Below are positions 52,819 to 64,000 of a stretch of DNA of 64,000 bases, one piece after another. The position numbers and the translations under genes were made by a program. Source of the stretch: Amphiscolops sp. MND2022. Its lineage: Eukaryota. Location of the stretch: assembly GCA_964187785.1 (NCBI GenBank), contig OZ076413.1, positions 45,696,001 to 45,760,000 on the forward strand, given 5' to 3'. The notes beneath the pieces were generated by a model. That model saw only the letters and a list, made by a program, of their open reading frames with translations. It was not told where the DNA came from and searched no databases. Numbering within the stretch: the first letter of the stretch is position 1; each line of letters opens with the position of its first letter.

Positions 52819-53727
52819 TGTCGCAATCTTGATCTGATGTCTGGGAGTCTGTCGAGATCTCCCTATTCAAACCTCTATGACTGCTGAATTTTGGATTTGA
52901 TGTAATGTTGTTTTGTTGGTCTTGCTGGCCTAAATGCTCTCCTGAGCTATTGTCCTGTCTAGTGGACCTGTGGGCCGATACATCATTATAGCATTTAGAG
53001 CCTTTGTTTGGTCCTGTAGACCTGCAGTCCACTTGACCATATTGACCTTCTGGGTTCTCATTCAGTCTACTGGAGTGGTGGTCCGTCTGACCTGAATAGA
53101 CTCTAAGGCCCCTATCTAGTTCTCTGGACTGGTGGGTCGTGTGACCAGATTGATCTCCACGGCCCTTGCTATTTAGTCCTTTGGACCAGTAGTCCACATT
53201 ATTGGAATGATCTCTAAGGCCCTCATTAAGTCCTTTAGACTGGTGGTCCATATGGCTAAAATGATCTTCGGGGCTCCTGTCTAGTCTACCAGACTGGGGC
53301 CCCTAATTGCGTCCGATCCCGGATTCTGAACTCCTAGTACATTTTGTATGCTAAGAAGTACCTTTTCAGCAATCGCTGAGTTGATAACTTCCCAAATCTG
53401 TGTATTTAAGTCACTTCTGATCTCATCTAGTTTCCTGGTCACTTGTGATGTGATTTCATTCTTTATCAGCCTTGCAGTCTCAATGGTAATTTCACTGTTT
53501 TCCCGACTATTTGTGTTAATTAATGACCTGAAATCTTCACTGGTAGGATTTGGAGTTTGAAGGCCATTAGACTCAAGTTCTAACTCAGTCTCTCTTTCTC
53601 CTAACTGACTGTCTAACTCATTTCTAGAGTAATTTCTTAACATTATATCCACATTCTCTAAGTCGGACATGACGTCCGATTGTCTTGACTTTTTCTCCTT
53701 AGCCTTTTGCTTTCTTGTTGAAGGCAT
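52819..53727 (-). pseudogene. Gag leader encoded in the solo LTR, with ~20-aa degenerate repeats
   Basis: MPSTRKQKAKEKKSRQSDVMSDLENVDIML is homologous to Gypsy-1 MPTTRKQKKARKSRGFEMLSDIENLDIML. The downstream frame runs to the LTR end. Confidence 0.8.
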
Positions 53728-54545
53728 TTGAAGAATTAATTGCTCGGAAAAGAATATATTCAGCTTTCATCAGTTAACTAAACTTGAACTGAGAGAAAGT
53801 GAAAAGAACAGAATAATAGATTAGTCAATGAGCAACAATTTGTGTTTTCTGGTTTGTATCGTCGTAGTCAAAAGTTGGGTCCTATGGACTACGGGGGTCA
53901 ACTATTTATAGTAAATAGGGTATGACTAGCAAAATATTGGTGGTCATGGTTCTAAAAATAGCAACTAATGTGGGTAGAAATAGCCTTGGGTTCTGACGTC
54001 AATATTACGTCACTCACCATTAGGTCATACCTAAGTTAGCATTGGTTGGGGTGCGATTCTATAAACAGAATGGGGGACTGGAAGGCGGTTAGCCTTTCAA
54101 GTTTAAATCGAATGGTTTGAATGATGGGCACTTGTTTACTTAATACTCTGTATGTGAACTGGTGGTTCGCACAGCTAGAGAATACTAGCACGTGATTGGT
54201 TAATAATCAAAGTGGACTGCGCGTCGAACTGACCAAAGTGAATTCCACTTTGAACGCGTTTCCTTTATTGCACACAGCTTAATTGCAGTACCTGTTTCAA
54301 TTATCAATCTAAAAAGCATCTATTATCCTTTTCTGGTTTACATTAACACTAGTATATGTTACATGTCTAATAACAGTAATCTAAAATAATTTACATACTA
54401 AACACTATTTCAAGTCTAAAAGTTTAAGACAAAGGGACCAATGGTCCGACTGATCATAGTGGTTGGACTCCGGGTATGTAAGACAAACGACTATCATTGG
54501 GGGCCACTTGGTACTTGTTGCCGTCACAGGCGGCAGCCTGCGACA
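52819..54545 (-). mobile_element. Solo LTR (1727 bp) of a family related to Gypsy-1
   Basis: TGTCGCA...TGCGACA termini. Perfect TSD GGTTC at 52814-52818 and 54546-54550. First ~25 nt nearly identical to the Gypsy-1 LTR start. Confidence 0.92.
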
Positions 54546-55116
54546 GGTTCAGAGCGAAAAAGTTGGTCTTTCAGAGTTGAGCGAATGAAGTACATCATAG
54601 AAAACGATTGTTGACTTATTATCATGAAAAGTTGCAAAACTCCCTAAATTTCGATGGTTCAACGTTCAGTCATTATTGGTTTCGCTTGTAAATCAGAGAA
54701 ACTTAGCATTGAAATGTGCACAAGCACAAAGTATTACAACTAAATTGTAAAGTTGAAGAGACCATTTTTTAAATAATTGATCTTGTTTATCATATGGAGG
54801 TCACAAAAAGTTGAAAATACTTAGACGTTGGGATAACTCACCTAACTTGTTCACCAAAAAAGTGACCTTGTTGATGACTACGGAGAAGAAGATGAATCAC
54901 ACTAGGCTCTTGAGTTTCTGGGGAAACACACCTAGCAGACAAACTCTCAGAATGAGAGAAATTGGTCAGTGAAAGAGATTGTGTTTGATGTCCGGAAATC
55001 GAACGATATCATCGAAAATTATGCTAATGATGTAGAATCGAGCTTTGACTTTCACAGCATTCAGAGTTAAGGATCACTTTTTTTACTTTTTCTCGAAAAA
55101 TAATCAGGAATCATTC

Positions 55117-55118
<2 letters not shown>

Positions 55119-55150
<32 letters not shown>
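55119..55150. repeat. (GA)n microsatellite
   Basis: About 16 GA units. Confidence 0.9.
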
Positions 55151-55151
<1 letters not shown>

Positions 55152-55448
55152 AATAAGTCTAGTAGAGCCGACTGGTTTCAAATAATTGCAGGAACCAGGT
55201 GATTTCTGAAAAATAACAAAAGTTTTGAGTAAGTGATTACTATAGTAATACAGATCTTGAGTAAAAACATTACAGGAATTTCTTCGAATGTTGATTTCTT
55301 GGTGACATCTTTATTCGCTTGCTGATATTCGCTTGAGATTTTGTGTCCAAATAAAAAGGTGAAGTTTCACAGAGAGGGAACTAAATTAGTGCAGTTTTTC
55401 GTCACTAAGATTCAAAATTTCAGACCACTAGAGCTTGAAACTCAGGTG

Positions 55449-56018
55449 TTTTTAGTTGATGCCTTTTCCTTTAAACGAAAAAAGCCCGACTATTACGGTG
55501 ACTAGTTTTTTTCGCAAAAACTATTTACACAAAAAAATGTATGCATAGTGGACACTTTTTACAGAACTACTAAACACTATTCCGGCAACCGGAAACGCAA
55601 TTAAATTAGTGCAAAGGATCCCTCTTTTGATTACTCCATTTTTAACGTAAGATACAAAACTGGGCGAGACCATAAAGTTACTCCCTTGAATTTTTTGGCC
55701 GATATGAGTTTTTAAAATATTTGTTTGCCTCCAAAGGGTCGTCCTTTAAGTTTTTTTATATTCTGCAGCTTTCTGAAGTTTCAAAAAGCCCAAAGGGTCT
55801 CCGTTCTTAAGTTTTTATGCACTATGAGATTGTTTTAAAATTCTCATTTTTCGTTTTTTTTTCGAATTTTTTAAATGTCTTCCTTCAATTGTTTTGATAT
55901 TTTGCGACAAACTGGATTTTCAAAAAACCCAAAGTGCCCCCCGTCTTTCACTATTTCGAAAGCTTTGCGCTTTTTGAGCTTTAGATATAGCGTCGACTTC
56001 AGACGTTGCCGTCTTGTT
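55449..56018 (-). repeat. Helentron/DINE-like repeat copy (inverted)
   Basis: Reverse complement begins AACAAGACGGCAACGTCTGAAGTCGACGCTATATCTAAAGCTCAAAAAGCGC and ends TAATAGTCGGGCTTTTTT...AACTAAAAA. Confidence 0.7.
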
Positions 56019-56171
56019 TTATAAATGGCTGGAACTTGATTCAGTGAAAAGAAACAATTTCGCCTCTATAAAACTACTTTTGTTGACTCAAAGCTATTAA
56101 GGTTTTTATAAGGCAGCTCTAGCAAATTGCTAGGAAATTTAAACCAGGGTTCAAGTTATCAGAACAACCAG

Positions 56172-56642
56172 ACAAGACGGGAACGTCTCAAGTCGGCGCT
56201 ATATCTAAGGCTCAAAAAGCGCAAAACATTTTTTTTTGGAAAAAAACTTGAAATTTTCGAAAAAAAATTCTTTCATAAAATGTCGCACAGTGCCAAAAAA
56301 TGTAAAAGGGGGGACCCTTTTTGATTTATAAACACGCATTCTGTAGCAAAATAACAAAAAACTCAAAGGGGGGACCCTTTGGGGACATTAAAAAAAGTCT
56401 CACAGCGCCGAAAAAAAAATCGAAAGGGGAGGGGGAACTTTAGTCCCGTCCGGGCTTGTATGTAACGTTTAAAAAGTAAATGAATGCGCTCCCCGTTTGC
56501 CTTTAGCGGTCCAGTAGTTTAGTACTTATTTAGTAGTTGAACGTTAATTTTAACGTTCGTCGCTTCGAGTCTGTCTTAAATAAAAAAAAACGAGTGACTG
56601 TAATAGTCGGGCTTTTTTCTTAAGAAAAACGCCGACTAAAAA
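56172..56642 (+). repeat. Helentron/DINE-like repeat copy
   Basis: Subterminal inverted motif AGTCGGCG / CGCCGACT and 3' palindrome TTTTTCTTAAGAAAAA. Confidence 0.7.
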
Positions 56643-57661
56643 CGACTCCTTTTAATCGAATACAGAGAAAAATGTTGCGTTTTTGATCAATTTTCACGTA
56701 ATTAATAGTTTGCGTTTCACTGGGATTTCATTAGTTCATTTTTCATTTCGTTACCTGATTTCTCGCTGCGTCCCTAGTTGAGACTGCAGGAACTTTTTAC
56801 ATGCTGAAGGCCTGCATGCAGGGTAATTGTTTATAAAACCTAGAAAATTCAGGGTAATTCAGGTGGTAAATCTTGTGGAATTACACTGCATTTTCCACTA
56901 CTGCAATTAAATTTGAAAATAGATACATCATCACCGACACGACCTTATTGTATTTACAATTTGCTTTCTCAACTACTCATCTGATGTGATCACCGCGTCT
57001 CAAATAGGACGCTAAACATGACGGTATATTGCAGTTTATTAGGTGACTGAAGTAATTTTGCATTAAAAGGGCTGTTAAACTGAGAACAATTTCTTTGCTT
57101 TTAAAATTAGAACTGCTTCTTAATGAAACCTGCAAAACTTCAAGGCGTAAAATTGCCGCCAAAACTTTGATGAATCTTTCAAGCAGCTTGATAAAAGTCG
57201 AATACAACAGGTAAATGTTTTCTCATTAAAGTTTCCGTAAGAGTTTTAGAAAATCATTATAAAAGTTGCTGGCAACATTAAAGTACATGCAAAAAGTTCA
57301 AGAAGTTTCAACAAGGGGTGTTTCCTGGCGGTGGCTAAAATAAAAAGGTTTTATTTCGAACATAACACGCAAAATTTTTTTGTATGAGTAAAGCCGATCA
57401 CAATTCTTTCAGGAGGCTACATTGAGATATGAGCTGAGCTGAAATCACTTTAAATTTGAACTGACATTAGTGATTTCAACTTTCGGTTGTCTTGTGGTAA
57501 GATGGTAACTTGTGAATTTTGGCGCAGGCTAAAATACGTTTGATTTCAAACATACACGTAAAATAGATTTTTACATGGGTAAAGCTGGTTACAATTTTTT
57601 CAGCGAGGGTAAAATGAGCTGGAATCACTTTATATTTGAATGGAAATGAGTGATTCCAAGT

Positions 57662-57735
57662 TCCAGTGGCCCAGTGGTAAACGTTTTGTTGGTACTCCAG
57701 GGCCTTGGTTCGAATCTGGGACTAGGTCGGATTTT
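57662..57735 (+). repeat. tRNA-derived SINE-head-like sequence
   Basis: A-box TGGCCCAGTGG, B-box GGTTCGAATC and T-run; a decayed tandem copy lies ~180 bp upstream. Confidence 0.5.
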
Positions 57736-57788
57736 TTTCTCCTCAACCCCCCTTCCGTAGGCTCACGATAATAACAAACTACTCAATA

Positions 57789-57956
57789 CAGCAGGGGCCT
57801 TTACAACGACCCTGAGGGGCAGTTGATTCTATTGTCTGTATAAAAACCGTCGTTATAAAGATTGTCTTTACAAGCATTTGTTATACGACAGGAGTTTGGA
57901 AAATTGTCGTTATAAACGCTCGTCGTTGTTAAGCACTCCGTTTTAAACACCTACTG
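57789..57956. mobile_element. Small Tc1/pogo-type MITE
   Basis: TA|CAG...CTG|TA with degenerate TIRs (CAGCAGGGG / CACCTACTG). Confidence 0.45.
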
Positions 57957-58702
57957 TACACAGCAAAAAATATACAAAGCACATTTAGTGTGTCAATTAG
58001 CAATTCGCCGTTTCGTCAAAAAAAAGCTTTTCACTCCTGTTTTGAAACCAAATCGGTTGACAAAAAATGGAAATAAATATTCCCTTCTTGTCTAAGTTTG
58101 AGATGTAGTAAACAATTGAATTCATTTCATTTCAACAGCGAAGAGTATTCAATTTACGAACCAACAACCTCAATGTTTGAATGATGTTAGTGCAAAGAGA
58201 AATACTAATCACAAGCAAATGTTGGAAATACTTCGAACGTTTTTGCTACCCTGAATTGAATATTGTAGGATTGGGCAACGAAACAATGACCTTTGATTGC
58301 ATCATAGCATGATATGTTCTGAAAGTTCATAATGCTCTTCCTAAACTTCACATTGAATAAATGCCAAAATGATCCAACATTTGCCGTTCTTGTATCATCT
58401 AGGCGTCCCTTTTGTGCCGGAACTCTTTGAAGAGTGAAACTTTCACTTAAACTAATGATTTTTACCTTTCTGTTTGGCGAAGAAAGAAACTGAACAGTTT
58501 AGTTTGGACACTAGGTTTATGAAAAAAAGTTTTACTATTTCATCCGTAAACTTATCTGCTAATTATATCTGCTATTTTATTTCTGTTATTGTGTGTTAGA
58601 AGTGTTTCTAAGCCAGCTAATGACGTGCAACTGAGAAGATTTATATGGTTACTTTGAATAAAGTTACTTCTTGTTTTTCCGTGACACCTGATTTCAGTTA
58701 AA

Positions 58703-60852
58703 ATGGATGACTCTTCTCAAGAATGCGACCCCAATGATTTCTATACCCTGAAATCGGATGTGCTTGACAAGGCTACTGATGTAGCAAGGGTCATGAATTA
58801 TTGCACAGCCTCGTTTGTTCTCTGTTTCGCACCTTTTATAGTCATAGCTCCTTTCTTTGTGGACAAACTCAACGTTCTCACTCGCAAAATCATAGCAATG
58901 ATAGTGTTGTCTGACAGTATCAAGTTCATATGTGACACCATCGTGACAAGAAGAAAGAACTTGTATGAAAATCATTGGCATCAACATAGATACGAGTGCA
59001 CCTCTGTTGCCATTGTTCAGGGTTCGGCACCCATATGGAGTATGGCGTGGTATGCTTTTCGCCAATTTTTCAAATTCAACACGTGTTAAGCGAAATATAT
59101 CGATATTTTTACTGATCAAGTAATTCTCAGTTTTTCTCAGCAAAAGTTTCATTTTCATCCCAAGAAGGCCAATGAACTTTTGTATTTCGAAAAATTTCCC
59201 GGGTACAAAATCTTCTTGGAATTTGAAAAAAAATATATTGGCCTTTTTCGTTTCGCATTCAAGCAATTGTACAAAACGTTATAATAATTAAAACCAATAT
59301 ATCATGAGCGTTTATGGCAATCAAGGTGAAAAACTGATCGCTGATTTCGATTATAGCTGATCCAACGGCTTATTTCTGTAGTTCTATGTATCCTTTAAGA
59401 GAGTTTCTAACTGACATTTTTGTCAAAAACTAACTTCTAGAGAGTTTCAACCGAAAATGCAGGTTGGTCTCTTGATGTCCCATGGATTAAGATGGGGTAT
59501 AGCAGAAAGTTACGTTTGTTACTGAATTTCTCTCATTGCGTTGATTTGTGACAAAAACGTCATTTGGAAAATTTTTGAGGAAACAGTAGGGACTTCAACA
59601 AGGAACCAGATAATTTGCGAAAACTGTTATAAGTACAAAATTAAGTGACATATGTTAAGAATACCAATTTATATAAACTTTCAAAAACGGTCAACAAATG
59701 GTATTCATAACTTTTTGGAAATTTAACGGGTTGCATAACTAAAAGCATCAAGAGTTGGTTCATTGAAAAACACTTCACATTTAAAATGAGATATGCTCTT
59801 CACAAGTTTTCACACGACTCTGAGCCCAGATTGGAATCTTAAAGTCGTGGTCCCAACTTCTCAAAACTAAGAAGAGTAATTCAAATTTCGGCTCGGAATT
59901 CGAAATTTTCACTATACAGTCACTATGAGTTATAATAATTTTTACACATCAAATTGGAATAACTATTCCAATGATCTCTCATAGAAAAATTGACTGACAG
60001 ATATTAGAAATTAATTTCAGGGCGTTCCTTCTCATTTTATGTGTGTGGATATCAATTCAAGATCGCTTCAGAATATTCTTAAGCAAAGATGGAATGTTTT
60101 TCATCTTCAATTGCATTGCTTGGCCGTTTGGACTGTTCCCTTCAGTATTGCTGTATAGTGACGTTGCAACCTATGACGTGGCTTTTGTTGGCAATTACGT
60201 CACCTCTAACGGGTGTCAACTGAATTTCACGTTTGTTCTGAAAGACAATGGAACAAAGTGTCTCATGGATAACCAGGGATCTCAACTTTGGCTAGCATAT
60301 TACTACATGGGTGCAATTTTCATAGCAGGAACGAATTTTCTTTTCATGGGGGTATTTTTTCAACTTTTTAGAGGCTGGCGACGAACAAAGAGGCTAGAAA
60401 ACACCGAGGAATTATATGGGCAAAGTGTAGGTTTCATTGTTTCATCTGTTAGTTCAGATGCGAATAACCGGAAAAACCTTCTCGTAAGTTCGCTTCAATA
60501 TTCACTAGTTGGATTTGTTTACACAGTCACCTATTTTCCCATTTCTTTATACCAAATTTACGTAATTTACAATGGTCCTGATGACAACGGAGATGGTATT
60601 ATTTTGGTTTTGACTATTTATAGCGCAATAATCAACGATTTCACATCAATTATGAATATTCTCTTTTATGGATTCTTCAGTAAAGTGTTTCGCGGAGAAA
60701 TGACTCGAATTTTTCATTCTTGGTTTCAGAAATGTCGGAAAGGTTTCAGAGATCCGACCATCAGCCCCGTGGAAACAACCAAACAGTCACAGGAAAATTG
60801 GAGTCCATCAAACATACAAGAATCCACTGAATATTACCCGACTGATGATTGA
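58703..60852 (+). CDS. 7TM receptor paralog B (cAMP-receptor-like/GPR157-like GPCR), intact, 392 aa
   Basis: Exons 58703-59049 and 60021-60852. Phase-2 intron TG|GTATGC...TTTCAG|G restores WSMAWAFLL. Seven hydrophobic segments, C....VQG....SMAW and NILFYGF motifs. Confidence 0.88.
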
Positions 60853-61056
60853 ACTTTTTGGAAAAGCGTCCGATCAATTTTCTCTAACCCTTACTTCAAG
60901 TGAACTTTTAATTTAAAAAACTTTGTGATTTGTGAGATAACATCAGACTTGGTTTTTCAAGGTTGTCAAGGTCTGAGAAAATTCTATCTTGGTTCAATGA
61001 AATGAATTCAATTCAGCAATCATTCTAAACAATCAATTTTCCCAGTCTCTAATAGA

Positions 61057-61735
61057 GGAGGCGGAAGTTCCGTCGATAGAAAGTTTGCCGCCGGAAATTT
61101 CGTCGTCAGAAATATCGCAGTCAGAAATTTTGTCGTATTGATTAGAATTAACAGCTTTCACGAAAAGCTATTCGTTTGCATTATTCAATTATTTATTCAT
61201 TAAAAATAATAGATCCAGTAAAATAATAGATGTCAATATAATCCTATCCATTACATTGACTGTAAGTTAAAAAGTTATTCATTAGACTTTATCACGGAGA
61301 ACATTTGCGCTGAAATAGGGGCCAATTCATACGGTTTCAGCTTGTTCCAAGCGTGAATTTCTGCTATTTTGGGAATAATGTCAAAAAATTAGGATAATTT
61401 GTTTGCCTGAAGTGTCAAAACAGTTGCAGAGACAATACTCTAAGTATTTACATTCATATTTTAATTTCCTATTAGTGAAGTATTTTTATTCAAGAACAAA
61501 CAGTGCTTTCGTGTGGTGGGGAATTCGCAACAAGGTGTACCTGGGGGGGTATAGAACACATGGTCCCTAAAAGTTTTCAATGATAGCAAAAATTGCACAA
61601 TTAACAATAATTATGAAGATAATTGTCAAGACTCTGTAATAATAGACGATTTCTAATAGATGAGAGAAAGTGTGACGTTTTATAGAACATAATTATTGAC
61701 GACGAAATTTCCGACGACAACATTTGTGGTAATCC
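61057..61735. mobile_element. Mutator-like MITE with 15-bp subterminal repeats
   Basis: TSD TCTAATAGA/TCTAAAAGA, GG...CC termini, inverted GAAATTTCGTCGTC arrays. Confidence 0.7.
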
Positions 61736-61849
61736 TCTAAAAGATCTACCCGTCCAGGAAATTCTATTCAAACTTTAAATGACATCTAGCAAGGAAAGTG
61801 GTTTGAGGACAAAGTTGAAAGAATAACGACTAAAACTCGGTGTATCAGG

Positions 61850-62600
61850 TCTTGGAAAGCGCATATGCCATTGCTGTAGACATTGTTTCCCAGAACGATT
61901 GAGCCGTTGCTTAGTAGACGCTAATAGAGCTCCACATCTTGCACCGCAAGAGAACTCATGTTTTGCAAGAAAACTCGAAAAACGTTCGGATGATGAAGGG
62001 AGTGGGTGCTTTAAAAGTAGTGTGTCATATGTGGTATAATTTCAAGCAAAAAAGCAACGAGCATCATTTTTTGCATGACCTTGAAAAAGTCTCGATAGTG
62101 TAGTTTCTTGTGCTTCTGTACTATGCAAAAACGATTCATTCGCCGTCATTCGCACTAACAACAAAGCTATCACATCTTGAATGCTTTGCTCTGACCTAAA
62201 ACCAAAAATTGTAGTTGGTTGCGGGAATAGCTGCATAATCCCGTAAACGAAGACCTTCACATTCCAAGTAAAACGGCACGTCTAACAAAGAAACCGAGAA
62301 TGGTAATGGCGACTCGTAACAGAAGGTCGTGAATAAAATATTGTTTCTCTCGAAGTCGAATCAAAGTTTTGAGAAGTTCATCACGTGGCATTTGGAAGAG
62401 TTTTGGAATTTTTCCAACATTTTCATGCAATATCTCAAACCAGGTGCTTTGAAAAAACTTTCTGCCTGGGTCATTTTTGTAGTCTTGAGACCGTACTTTA
62501 ACTTTACATCTAACACTTTTTCTGAAAATGGTTTCTTGAAAAGTGTTTAGGTTTCTTAGAAAGTCCCTAATTATTTTGCCTAAACGTAAACGAAAATCGC
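61850..62600 (-). pseudogene. Possible highly decayed non-LTR (LINE) RT fragment
   Basis: Only IFGFRSEQSIQDVI (cf. QFGFR..RST.DA) and QWHMRF are recognisable. Confidence 0.3.
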
Positions 62601-62619
62601 AGTTGTGACAAAGTTTGAA

Positions 62620-64000
62620 TGAAGTAGCTGTATTATTCAGATCAAACACAATAACTAATCAAGCTGAACAAGATTACATAATAACGTAATACTAAGCTTG
62701 CATAAGAAGAAGTCAACACGGCTTCCTTCCTCCAAGACGGAGTCCACATGTAAGGCTGTGTGATCATCAGTTTACACTAGCTTACAACTGCGATTTTTAT
62801 AGGTACAAAGAAATTTTAACAAAAAAAGTTTTTAAAAGAATGAAAGTTCAAAATGTTTAAGGTTTTTTGTGTCGTTGGCATCTGGTGTCATTCGCTTCTG
62901 CATCTGCGGGTTCCACAATCGTTACTCTTTTAGCTGTCGAAGTTCTGCAGCTTGGACAAAACCATGTTGTTAGTGGATGTTTTCTGAGTGATACACAATC
63001 ATAATGATACCATGCAATTTTGCAGTTGTTGTTGCAACATTTGATCAATTCCCTGTTGTGCAGTTGTTGGCAATAGCAATAAACTTCGGTGGGTACTGTG
63101 GATGACTGTAGGTGATGATGTTTTTTTCTTTTCGCGATCAAATGATAATGTGCATGGTTTGAGGCGTTGAATGCTGACGATGATATGGTCGTTGTTTTTC
63201 TTGATTGTTGCTGTAGTATTAGTCTCTGTTGATTTTGATGAGTTCGTGAGGTCCAGTGTAGGGTGCTTCCAAAGGTTGCTTTACTCGGTCGACGCGCAAC
63301 CACACAAATTTGCAGTTGTCGAGTGCATCTGGGATGAAGGTCTTTCGTGTTGAACGTTGTCTGATATCTTTTGTGAAAGCTAGCTGTTCGAGGTTGTCCT
63401 GAAGGTTTTTGATGAAGGCGAGAGTGATGGGTGCTGACTTTTCTGCAACTGTTGTCGGGTAAAGTATATCTGGTCCTGTTGTGGCTGCTAACGGTGAAAT
63501 GATATTGAAATCCGGTTTTGACCTCAATCCGAATAGAACTACGGGTAGTGCTGCTATCCAGTCGGTCTTTGCTGACATTAAAGCTGCTTTGAGGGTTCGA
63601 TGGAACCGTTCAACTTTTCCATTGCTCTGTGGATGATAAGAAGTTGTACGGAGTCTGCCAAATCCTAGAGTTTGGGAAAGTTGTGCCAATATTTGACTTT
63701 CAAATTGGGTTCCACGGTCAGTCGTGATGTACAATGGTACTCCGAAGCGAATAAACCAGGATGTGAGAAAAGCGTGGCAAACGTCTTCGGCTGTGATGGA
63801 ATGTACTGGGTGGGCTCCAATCCAATTGGTGCTGCGGTCGATGAAGGTAGCAAGGTATCGGAATGGCTAATTGTTGATTGCAGGTTGTGGTCCTACGATA
63901 TCCATGCGAACGTGGGTAAAAGTTGGCGTGTTGGAGGATGTATATGGCTAGTGATTTTTATCTGTTGGCAATTGAGGCAGTTGTGGCACCAGTATTTGAT
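62620..64000 (-). mobile_element. Gypsy-3, 3' part (continues beyond the window)
   Basis: Integrase followed by PPT GGAGGAAGGAAG (~62722-62733) and a putative short LTR TGTTGAC...CTTCA (62718-62620). Confidence 0.7.
62857..64000 (-). pseudogene. Gypsy-3 integrase with a C-terminal PHD finger (frameshifted)
   Basis: TTDRGTQF, YHPQSNGKVERFH, APYTGPH, SIQRLKP, then YCYCQ...IKCCNNNC...WYHYDC...WFCPSC. Confidence 0.9.

Noticed and set aside
58694..59266. 190-aa minus-strand ORF
   Set aside because: Antisense to GPCR B exon 1.

Overview
Transposon-dense eukaryotic (animal-like, spliceosomal introns) region. It holds two nearly full-length, unusually large (~16 kb) Ty3/Gypsy LTR retrotransposons (Gypsy-1, +, 7121-22969; Gypsy-2, -, 24477-40472), two solo LTRs with perfect TSDs plus a probable third, and the 3' end of a third Gypsy. 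It also holds several MITEs, a decayed Polinton-type PolB and two divergently oriented 7TM receptor paralogs. The strongest signal is Gypsy-1. Its ~1.9-kb LTRs are protein-coding at both ends: gag starts ~585 nt inside the 5' LTR, and an accessory ORF ends inside the 3' LTR, with both peptides conserved in a diverged solo LTR. It has no recognisable PPT, and it carries an antisense, multi-intron gene of ~1250 codons resembling a catalytically degenerate hAT transposase with a zinc finger. Gypsy-2 carries macrodomain-like regions after integrase and a ~1400-codon third ORF with an SGNH-hydrolase-like domain. Gypsy-3 has an ING-type PHD finger after integrase. All domain calls were made by eye from motifs and need HMM or structure confirmation.
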